Shown here one piece after another: positions 25,019 to 32,000 of a stretch of 32,000 bases of DNA. The stretch covers positions 990,001 to 1,022,000 of the forward strand of contig OX638337.1 in the NCBI GenBank assembly GCA_951812855.1, written 5' to 3'. The translations under genes were made by a program, and so were the position numbers. The notes beneath the pieces are model-generated. The model was not told the DNA's origin and ran no database searches. It was given only the letters and a program-made list of their open reading frames with translations. The DNA is from an uncultured Lentisphaeria bacterium. Its GTDB lineage: Bacteria; Verrucomicrobiota; Lentisphaeria; JABSQK01; JAJFLO01. Numbering within the stretch: the first letter of the stretch is position 1; every line of letters starts with the position of its first letter.

Positions 25019-25272
25019 TTTGTACAAGTAAGCCGTCGTTCTGTTTATTTTATTTTCATTTGACTTACCTTAATTTAATAGAGATAAATGGGTAATAAGA
25101 ATAATTTGAAATCTTTACAAGAATTAGCAGAGTACTTAATATTAATTTTCTTAAAATCTATTCGACAGCTCATGATTTCGTATGAGAGCTGACGGTGTTG
25201 AACACGATTAATGACTGAATACTCCATGACATATTTGGGCATGTATTTTTATTTACACAGCAGCTTTTTTAC

Positions 25273-26019
25273 TTGATTGATCTGACTGCAGAAATTTTAA
25301 CCTTAAAGGAAACTCAAATGTATTGTGTCAGTGACTGGTATTTATCTTTAGGGCTTTATACATTTCCAACTCTATTTATTCAGTTGAATAATGATGAGAT
25401 TGAATTAATCAGAAATGTTGAAGATTGTTCTAATTCTTCCAGAAATATTATCAGAAAAATTGACAGTGCCGTAACCAGTTTCCCCGGAAGCAGTTTTATA
25501 CATGTAGACTATTGTGCCCCAACCGATTCTTCGTTATTTCAGAAGGGAAAAGGAGCGATTAATTCTGGTAAAACCGGCTGGAATATCCTGTCTCAAAGTG
25601 AAAAAGTAAAAAAGGCATTCGCCGAAGATAAAACAAAAAGGATTTGTGTTCATCCGTACAGAAGAATAGATCATGCCCGCGAATTCAGAGTTTTCACTAA
25701 AGCAGGTACGGTTGTGGGAGTGTCTCAAAAAGATGTCGCTAAACATCATCCTAAACTTCATAAACGTCGGGACTTTATCCAAAGGAAAATTTACAAGTTT
25801 ATGAAACATATCAATAGTCAATTGGAAACCGAAGACATCATTGTAGACGTTTATCTTACTTCTCAGGATGAATTAATGATTCTGGATACCCACTCATGGG
25901 GCGGGGCAACAAATCCGTTATTATTTCGCGACTGGGATCGTGACTGGAGTAAAAATTCTGGATTAGTTTTAGTTGAAAAACCCGAAAAGTTAGGGGGGAA
26001 CGTCTCTGTTTCGTTTTAG
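25273..26019 (+). CDS. CDC123/D123-family ATP-grasp protein (bacterial homologue of the eukaryotic eIF2 assembly factor)
   Basis: Collinear with human CDC123 in three blocks. [22 protein letters not shown] vs [47 protein letters not shown] vs [91 protein letters not shown] vs AEFRCFVKENKLIGISQRD..IRRCIQDFFKKHI..DFVFDIYRDSRGKVWLIDFNPFGEVTDSLLFTWEE. The track start 25273 is TTG; the ATG at 25318, preceded by AAAGGA, is the more likely start. Confidence 0.8.
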   Translation: [248 protein letters not shown]

Positions 26020-26057
26020 TTAGAAGTAATCTGATACAGCAAACCAGAAACTGAACT

Positions 26058-27245
26058 TTATTCAAGACTGGTGTTGTGGGAGAAGCAGATTCGTGAAATA
26101 CATTCATTAAAGTTTTCATGCCCACTTAAAATATCGATTTCTACACGCATATGGACAATTTGTAAATCTCTTCTATCCATCATTGGAAATCGAACAGAAT
26201 CCTTTTCAGTTGTGACTATAAGGTCAGCATTACGTTTCAATGCAGCATTAATAAAATTAATGATTTCTTGCTGTGTATATCGATGATGGTCGGCAAATCG
26301 TTCCTTATAAACGAGGTCGCCGCCAAAACTGGAAAGAAATTTTTCAAAGCCTGCCGGAGCTGCAATGCCTGAAATAGATGCGATTTTCTTTCCATTTAAA
26401 TAGTCCGGATCAAATTTCTGTTTTGAGTATATGTCTTCCAGATATTGAGGCTTATGGGTACATTCAATAATTTCCGCACGGTGATTATGCTTTTTCAGGA
26501 AACGCTTGAAGTGATGCAGGTGTTTTCCGCCTGAAGATTTGGTCAGGAATATATAATCGGCTCTTTGAATATTTTTAATTGGTTCTCTGAGTAATCCTCT
26601 GGGGAGTAAATGGTGATTATCAAAAGGGTTAGTCGAATCGATTAACAAGATGTTCAATTTGGGTTTTAAAGGGAGGTATTGAAAACCATCATCAAGTATC
26701 AGAGTATCTGAATTGAATTCATTTATAGCATAACGTCCACTTTTGACACGATCTTTATCAACCAATATAACAACATCTTTTAAATTGGTTGCCAACATAT
26801 ACGGTTCATCACCGGCCATTTCTGAATTTAACAATAAACTCTTTCCATCAGATACAATTCTCGGGGGAATATCCTGGTTGCGTTTGAAGATGAAGTCCGC
26901 AATTTTTTCGAAAAATGGTTTTCCTTTATTTCGGTAGCCCCGGCTAAGAATTGCAACTTTTCTTCCTTTCGCTGCAAGCGTTTTTGAAAAAACTTCGACA
27001 ACGGGTGTTTTTCCGGTTCCACCGACGGTAAGATTTCCTATGCTGACAACCAGACAGCCGAGAGTATGGTCGCGAAAAATACGATCTCGGTATATAGTCA
27101 GACGAAGCTGTACTAAAGAGCGAAACATTCTGGACAACACAAAAAGCAATGATTTGGCACAGATATCAACTGGAGAATGCCGTTTTTCCTTGATAATATC
27201 AGTTACATAGGTTTCGGCCTTCTCGATTATGATTTGGAAATTCAT
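26058..27245 (-). CDS. lpxK: Tetraacyldisaccharide 4'-kinase (lipid A biosynthesis)
   Basis: P-loop VSIGNLTVGGTGKTPVVE, ILSRGY, ILDDGFQ and the C-terminal FADHH motif. Its start overlaps the ndk stop in an ATGA overlap. Confidence 0.9.
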   Translation of the reverse strand: MNFQIIIEKAETYVTDIIKEKRHSPVDICAKSLLFVLSRMFRSLVQLRLTIYRDRIFRDHTLGCLVVSIGNLTVGGTGKTPVVEVFSKTLAAKGRKVAILSRGYRNKGKPFFEKIADFIFKRNQDIPPRIVSDGKSLLLNSEMAGDEPYMLATNLKDVVILVDKDRVKSGRYAINEFNSDTLILDDGFQYLPLKPKLNILLIDSTNPFDNHHLLPRGLLREPIKNIQRADYIFLTKSSGGKHLHHFKRFLKKHNHRAEIIECTHKPQYLEDIYSKQKFDPDYLNGKKIASISGIAAPAGFEKFLSSFGGDLVYKERFADHHRYTQQEIINFINAALKRNADLIVTTEKDSVRFPMMDRRDLQIVHMRVEIDILSGHENFNECISRICFSHNTSLE

Positions 27246-27730
27246 AAACCATGAAATGCATCATCTGCCATAGAATAATCACTGATTTCATTTGGTGAAA
27301 ACCAAATATTGATTTCATTTTCTGCTTCTTCAATGGTAGCAGATGCATGGATTAAATTCATTAGCGGCGGCGGCATTTCATCCCCGGGAGTTTCAGTTCT
27401 TTGCTGATGTGCAAAATCACCTCGAATGGTTCCAGGCAATGCTTTTCCCGGCATTGTATCTCCGGCCATTAACCTTATTTTGTCGATTGCGTAACATCCA
27501 CCAAGTATAAAAATGATGACTGAATTTGATGTTACATATTTTTCCAATGATTTATAGAAAGGTTTATCGATATGTTCTGCATAATGCTGTCTGAATTTTT
27601 TGGTTGACATAATTCCAAACTTCATTGCATGGATTTTCAATCCGGCGTTCTCAAATCGCCCGATTATTTTGCCAACGAACCGGCGTTGTATCGCATCAGG
27701 TTTTAATATAATCAATGATTTTTGATACAT
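27242..27730 (-). CDS. ndk: Nucleoside diphosphate kinase, divergent (insertion before the catalytic His; HAS instead of HGS)
   Basis: LIILKPDAIQRRFVGKIIGRFENAGLKIHAMKF, HYAEHIDKPFY and GTIRGDF, then a segment about 12 aa longer than in E. coli Ndk (AHQQRTETPGDEMPPPLM), then NLIHASAT in place of the NGxHGSDS block. Confidence 0.8.
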   Translation of the reverse strand: MYQKSLIILKPDAIQRRFVGKIIGRFENAGLKIHAMKFGIMSTKKFRQHYAEHIDKPFYKSLEKYVTSNSVIIFILGGCYAIDKIRLMAGDTMPGKALPGTIRGDFAHQQRTETPGDEMPPPLMNLIHASATIEEAENEINIWFSPNEISDYSMADDAFHGL

Positions 27731-27803
27731 TTTTAATATTTTCTTTCTCTTTTATTAAGAATACGTGCCGGATAATAGATTACGGGAAACTACAAATAAT
27801 ATT

Positions 27804-29522
27804 CTAAATCGTGGAAACAGGGAACTGATCCGTCAAGGATTTTACCTGGTCACGGACCTGTGTAAATATTGATTCATCATCAATATTTTTTACAACCTTA
27901 TATATCCAATCTGCAATTAATTTCATTTCAGGTTCTTTCATACCCCGTGTCGTTACTGCTGGAGTACCTATTCTTAGTCCACTTGTCATAAACGGTTTTT
28001 CAGGATCAAACGGAATTAAATTCTTATTCACGGTAATTCCGGCTTTATCCAGGGCTGATGCCGCGATTTTCCCTGTTGTATTTAAAGGACGTAAATCGAC
28101 CAGCATCAAATGATTGTCTGTTCCTCCAGATACAATACGGAACCCATGTTTGGATAATTCCTCAGCCATAACCTTTGCATTTTTTACAATTTGCATCTGA
28201 TAATGTCTAAATTCATCGGTCAGAGCTTCTTTAAAACAAATTGCTTTTGCTGCGATGACATGCATTAACGGACCTCCTTGAATTCCCGGGAAAATTTGAG
28301 AATTTATTTTCTTCAAATATTGCTCTCTGCAAAGGATGAAACCTCCTCTGGGGCCACGTAATGTCTTGTGTGTGGTAGATGTGACGACATCGGCATAGGG
28401 TACCGGGCCGGGGTGAATCCCTGCCGCCACCAGGCCGGCAAAATGTGCCATATCGACCATAAAAAGAGCATTTACTTTGTCCGCAATTTCTTTCAATCTC
28501 GGGAAATTAATAATTCTGGGATATGCACTCGCACCGGCAAGGATCATCCTGGGCCTATTTTCTAATGCCAATGATTCGATGTTGTCATAATCTAAGTGTT
28601 CCGTTTCTTTATTAACTCCATAGCCAATAAAATCATAATATCTGCCGCTGAAATTAATCTTATGTCCATGTGTAAGATGTCCTCCGTGTGCAAGATCCAT
28701 TGCAAGGACCTTATCTCCAGGATCAAGTAAGGCAAAATAAACCGCCATATTTGCCTGGCTGCCAGAATGGGGTTGGACATTTGCACATTCTGCACCAAAG
28801 ATTTTTTTTACGCGTTCAATTGCTGTATGTTCAACGTCATCGACGAAATCACATCCATCATAATAGCGCTTGCCTGGATACCCTTCTGCATACTTATTTG
28901 TCAGACTTGATCCCTGTGCAGCCCGGACTGCGGGAGAAACGATATTTTCAGAAGCGATAAGTTCTAATATTTCACTCTGCCTCCGGGTTTCCTTTTTTAT
29001 ATATCCCGCTATTTCAGGATCAACATCTTCAATTGCAGTTATATTATTATTCGGGCCTGTTTCAATTTTGTTAATGCGTCGTTTATGCCTGGCTTCGTTA
29101 CTGAATGGGGTGTTTAACCACAATTCAATTAAGTCCAGTATTTCTTTGTCGGATTTGTTGCTGCTTCCAATAACAAGCACATTTGAATTATTATGTTCCC
29201 TGCTCATTGCTGCAGACAGCTCTGATGTGACAAGTGCAGCCCGGACGTATCGATATCGATTTGCATTTATACACATACCGATACCTGATTTACAAATCAG
29301 TATACCACAATCAGCCTTGCCAGTCGATATTTTAGCAGCGAGTATATTTGCGTAATCTGGATAATCATCTTTTTCATCGAAATCTGATGGACCTACATCT
29401 TCTACATTCAACTTTTTGTCGTTAAAGTGTGCATATATTCTATTTTTTAACTCCCAGCCCCCATGGTCTGATCCAATAAGTATTTTGCATGGGGTTTTGG
29501 TAAAGTCGATTATGTCTCTCAT
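27804..29522 (-). CDS. glyA: Fusion protein: ribose-5-phosphate isomerase B (RpiB/LacAB) N-terminal domain plus serine hydroxymethyltransferase
   Basis: One uninterrupted 572-codon ORF. aa ~12-150: [16 protein letters not shown].., [36 protein letters not shown] (RpiB). aa ~165-572: [51 protein letters not shown] and the PLP-Lys block [16 protein letters not shown] (SHMT). Confidence 0.9.
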   Translation of the reverse strand: MRDIIDFTKTPCKILIGSDHGGWELKNRIYAHFNDKKLNVEDVGPSDFDEKDDYPDYANILAAKISTGKADCGILICKSGIGMCINANRYRYVRAALVTSELSAAMSREHNNSNVLVIGSSNKSDKEILDLIELWLNTPFSNEARHKRRINKIETGPNNNITAIEDVDPEIAGYIKKETRRQSEILELIASENIVSPAVRAAQGSSLTNKYAEGYPGKRYYDGCDFVDDVEHTAIERVKKIFGAECANVQPHSGSQANMAVYFALLDPGDKVLAMDLAHGGHLTHGHKINFSGRYYDFIGYGVNKETEHLDYDNIESLALENRPRMILAGASAYPRIINFPRLKEIADKVNALFMVDMAHFAGLVAAGIHPGPVPYADVVTSTTHKTLRGPRGGFILCREQYLKKINSQIFPGIQGGPLMHVIAAKAICFKEALTDEFRHYQMQIVKNAKVMAEELSKHGFRIVSGGTDNHLMLVDLRPLNTTGKIAASALDKAGITVNKNLIPFDPEKPFMTSGLRIGTPAVTTRGMKEPEMKLIADWIYKVVKNIDDESIFTQVRDQVKSLTDQFPVSTI

Positions 29523-29525
29523 TAA

Positions 29526-30008
29526 TTAAGATTCCTTAAACTTGTCAATTATTTTCTGCAAGAACGCATCCAGTGCGGGTTGCATTTTATTAAAACATTC
29601 CTCATAATCAGCCAGACCGCCACCGTAGGGGTCTTCTATATCTTCTTGTAAACCGACATGGCTCATTAGAGTTGACGTTTTTCTGCTTGAATTAACGAAC
29701 AACAGTTTTATTTGTTCGTAATGTATCCTTGACATCGCGATAATGAAATCAGCAGATTTAACTGTATCTGCGGTTAAAGGTGAACTTGTTTGTCCGTCCC
29801 ACAAAATATTTTTTTTGTTTAAGACTTCCTGTGCAAATACACTGGGTGGATGCCCGTGGGTTGCATATATACCTGCTGATGTAATTTCAAAATTTGTTAA
29901 ACCGTCTATTTCGCACCGATGTTTAATATAAGCCTCGGCCATTGGGCTTCTACATATATTACCGGTGCAGACAAATACAATTTTAATTTTGGTGTCAATT
30001 GATTTCAT
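29526..30008 (-). CDS. Low-molecular-weight protein phosphatase (LMW-PTP / YwlE family)
   Basis: P-loop VFVCTGNICRSPMAE (CX5R-S) and the DPYGG acid loop. Collinear with Bacillus YwlE. It ends 3 nt before the rpiB-glyA fusion start. Confidence 0.9.
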   Translation of the reverse strand: MKSIDTKIKIVFVCTGNICRSPMAEAYIKHRCEIDGLTNFEITSAGIYATHGHPPSVFAQEVLNKKNILWDGQTSSPLTADTVKSADFIIAMSRIHYEQIKLLFVNSSRKTSTLMSHVGLQEDIEDPYGGGLADYEECFNKMQPALDAFLQKIIDKFKES

Positions 30009-30231
30009 AAAATAAGTCTACGATCATCTGCAGGTTCTTATTGTCAGACTCACAAACAATGAAAAATATGCAAAAAATAATTTTTGTCTTACCGGTTTCC
30101 CCAGGCGATATGGTTTATTGCATCGTGAAACATACACTCTTGTGGGCAGGTTGAGAAAAAATACATAATAATGGTGGAGAGAATAAAAAAATCAATGGTA
30201 AATTGGCGATAAATAATAGAATCAATTTAGT

Positions 30232-30255
30232 AAATTACAGCCTGGGCTGTAATTT
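30232..30255. other. Perfect 10-bp stem / 4-nt loop hairpin in an intergenic region (AAATTACAGC-CTGG-GCTGTAATTT)
   Basis: Read directly from the sequence. It is not at the 3' end of any gene, because both flanking genes diverge from this gap. Function unknown. Confidence 0.5.
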
Positions 30256-30404
30256 CGAGTGATTTCACCTTTTTAGAAGGTAAACTAAGCCATACTGTAG
30301 ATAACGAATGCAAACAAATAATACTGCATCACCAATATCAGTGAATTACAATTTAGCAGTAAAAGATCCGAATGTGTTGTTAATGATAATAAAAACAAAC
30401 ATGT

Positions 30405-31511
30405 ATGAGTATTTATAGTTTAAACGTTCCATTAGATGATCGATCATATGAAATTGTAATTGGCAAAGATTTTTTTAGCCAATGGCAGGATGTTCCTTCG
30501 ATTCAACCGGTGTTGGAAAACCGTACCTGTTTTGTAATAACAGATGAAAACGTTCAAAAATTATATCTAAAATCGGTTGAACAATGTTTGACAAATCTCG
30601 GTGTGCGTTACCTGGGAGACTACGCATTTTTACCAGGAGAAAAATCAAAGAGTCTCAGTACAGTCAAATCATTATATGAGAAAATGATTTCAGCTGGATT
30701 AGATCGAAAATCAATCATCGTGGCCCTGGGGGGCGGGGTTGTCGGCGATACCGCCGGATTTGCTGCTGCGACCTATATGCGAGGCATAGACTATGTACAA
30801 ATCCCAACATCATTGGTGGCACAGGTTGACAGTAGCGTTGGCGGTAAAACCGGTATAGATTTGGATCAGGGAAAGAATTTAATCGGAGCATTCTGTCAAC
30901 CAAAATTAGTTGTCGTTGACACAATGGTATTACAGACCCTGCCGATTCGGGAGTTAGTATGCGGGTTGGCTGAAGTTGTTAAATACGGGGTTATTCTGGA
31001 TGAAGTTTTTTTTTCATTTTTAGAAGATAATGTCTCTTCTATTTTAAATATTGATCAAACTGTGTTCCAGACAATCGTTCGAAAATGCTGCTCTTTAAAG
31101 GCAGATGTTGTTACAGGTGATGAATTAGATCAGGGAGGCAGAGCAATATTAAATTATGGACACACATTTGGTCATGCTCTGGAGAAATTAACATCATATA
31201 CAGGCCTTACACATGGTGAAGCCATTGCAATCGGTATGGGGATGGCTGCAGACCTGGCTGTAATGAGGTATGGCGGATCAGAATTACTAAATTTAGTTAA
31301 ACGACAGGATGATTTGTTTCAGGCATTTGGACTTCCTGTAAAATTTAATAAATTTTCCCCGGAAGAAATCCTTTTAGCTATGGCCGCGGATAAGAAATGT
31401 ATTGATGGAAATATAAATTTTGTTTTGCCTGAGAAAATTGGTAAAGTTGTGATTGATTCAGGAATTGAAGAAGATTTGATTAAGCAAGCTATCGGAGCAC
31501 GTATTGACTAG
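30405..31511 (+). CDS. aroB: 3-dehydroquinate synthase
   Basis: GGGVVGDTAGFAAATYMRGIDYVQIPTSLVAQVDSSVGGKTGIDL, KNLIGAFCQP, LNYGHTFGHALE and HGEAIAIGM. Confidence 0.95.
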   Translation: MSIYSLNVPLDDRSYEIVIGKDFFSQWQDVPSIQPVLENRTCFVITDENVQKLYLKSVEQCLTNLGVRYLGDYAFLPGEKSKSLSTVKSLYEKMISAGLDRKSIIVALGGGVVGDTAGFAAATYMRGIDYVQIPTSLVAQVDSSVGGKTGIDLDQGKNLIGAFCQPKLVVVDTMVLQTLPIRELVCGLAEVVKYGVILDEVFFSFLEDNVSSILNIDQTVFQTIVRKCCSLKADVVTGDELDQGGRAILNYGHTFGHALEKLTSYTGLTHGEAIAIGMGMAADLAVMRYGGSELLNLVKRQDDLFQAFGLPVKFNKFSPEEILLAMAADKKCIDGNINFVLPEKIGKVVIDSGIEEDLIKQAIGARID

Positions 31512-32000
31512 TCGTGAAGCCTACATAATTTTAAATTTACTTTCAGGTGTTGGTCCAGTTAGAGTTAAGCATTTGCTTGCTAATTTTTCATGTCCTGAGC
31601 AATTACTCTCCGAGACAACATCGTCATTAGCAAAAATTAAAGGTATCGGTCCTAAAACAGCCGGTATTATTGGTGACTGGAAAAAAACTGCCGATCTGGA
31701 TACTGAACTCAGTCAAACAGAAAAAGCCGGTGTATCAATTATTACCCTGGCCGATCCCGATTATCCTGATATTTTAAGGGAAATATATGACCCTCCGTTA
31801 TGTTTGTATGCCCGTGGCCAATTATCTTCTTTATGCAGGCAGCAGTCTCTTGCAGTTGTTGGATCCCGGAGAAATTCGAATTATGGAATTTCAATCTCAG
31901 AGAAACTGGTCTGTTCTTTGGTCAGCTCTGGTTGGAGTATTGTTTCAGGGCTTGCACGGGGTATTGATACTGCAGCTCATAATTCTGTTCTGAAATCTAA
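31504..32000 (+). CDS. dprA: DNA processing protein DprA (Smf), 3' end outside the window
   Basis: Not in the ORF track because it runs off the window. It is open from the TTG at 31504, which overlaps the aroB stop by 8 nt. It reads LTSREAYIILNLLSGVGPVRVKHLL..IKGIGPKTAGII..AGVSIITLADPDYPDILREIYDPPLCLYARG..LAVVGSRRNSNYG..SGWSIVSGLARGIDTAAH, the DprA N-terminal SAM-like and Rossmann-like motifs. Confidence 0.85.
   Translation, partial: MTSREAYIILNLLSGVGPVRVKHLLANFSCPEQLLSETTSSLAKIKGIGPKTAGIIGDWKKTADLDTELSQTEKAGVSIITLADPDYPDILREIYDPPLCLYARGQLSSLCRQQSLAVVGSRRNSNYGISISEKLVCSLVSSGWSIVSGLARGIDTAAHNSVLKS

Noticed and set aside
25088-25192. 34-codon plus-strand ORF (MGNKNNLKSLQELAEYLILIFLKSIRQLMISYES) in the long gap upstream of the CDC123-like gene.
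   Set aside because: No convincing SD, it is very short, and its 3' end coincides with the imperfect hairpin. There is nothing to separate it from chance in AT-rich DNA.
132-29355. Many antisense or out-of-frame track ORFs inside conserved genes, for example 132-380, 655-1032, 3140-3325, 5031-5219, 6243-6572, 10180-10398, 10558-10851, 11116-11439, 16335-16649, 17357-17608, 18521-18754, 19227-19592, 20079-20390, 21196-21543, 21637-21978, 22428-22631, 24198-24479, 25534-25821, 26743-26937, 28368-28565 and 28870-29355.
   Set aside because: Each lies opposite to, or out of frame with, a gene that has strong family-level motifs. Their translations are low-complexity or Ser/Ile-rich, as is typical of shadow ORFs.
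1-32000. CRISPR arrays, tRNA/rRNA/tmRNA genes, transposases, integrases, IS inverted repeats, toxin-antitoxin pairs and restriction-modification or other defence genes.
   Set aside because: I scanned intergenic regions and unassigned ORFs by eye. I saw no repeat-spacer periodicity, no tRNA T-arm/acceptor signatures (the GGTTCGA-like strings occur only inside coding sequence), and no recombinase or nuclease motifs. A computational scan (tRNAscan, Infernal, repeat finders) could still find elements I missed.

Overview
AT-rich chromosomal segment from a diderm (LPS-making) bacterium. I cannot place it taxonomically. Kdo/Lpt/LpxK genes, bacillithiol, menaquinone, a TIGR04073-type exosortase-associated protein and a Hanks-kinase relic hint at a non-proteobacterial Gram-negative lineage, but that is inference only. 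About 34 protein genes look intact. I saw no rRNA, tRNA, CRISPR array, transposase or integrase by eye. Gene order: 5'-truncated TrkA-N/PTS-EIIA regulatory protein; decayed branching-enzyme pseudogene; menA; Ser/Thr-kinase relic; cyclophilin-FKBP fusion PPIase; DUF883/ElaB-like and YqjE-like membrane proteins; SAM methyltransferase overlapping a contiguous bshC-bshB-bshA cluster; response-regulator relic; 274-aa orphan protein; YjfI-like protein, PspA/IM30, SAM decarboxylase and a TerB-AAA+ ATPase; hemL; a minus-strand block thiO-like, kdsB, kdsA, kdsC, lptC, lptA, lptB, hpf, rdgB; rlmB-like; TIGR04073 protein; a 785-bp non-coding gap; a CDC123/D123-like ATP-grasp protein; LMW phosphatase, RpiB-GlyA fusion, ndk, lpxK; aroB and 3'-truncated dprA. 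Main points for follow-up: (1) the PspA module with an orphan speH and a TerB-fused non-PspF AAA+ ATPase; (2) a bacterial homologue of the eukaryotic eIF2-assembly factor CDC123 behind an unusually long AT-rich gap; (3) at least three, possibly four, gene relics in 32 kb, which suggests ongoing gene loss; (4) two domain fusions, cyclophilin-FKBP and RpiB-SHMT; (5) a methyltransferase overlapping the bacillithiol operon. All family assignments come from reading the translations for motifs. No database search was run.
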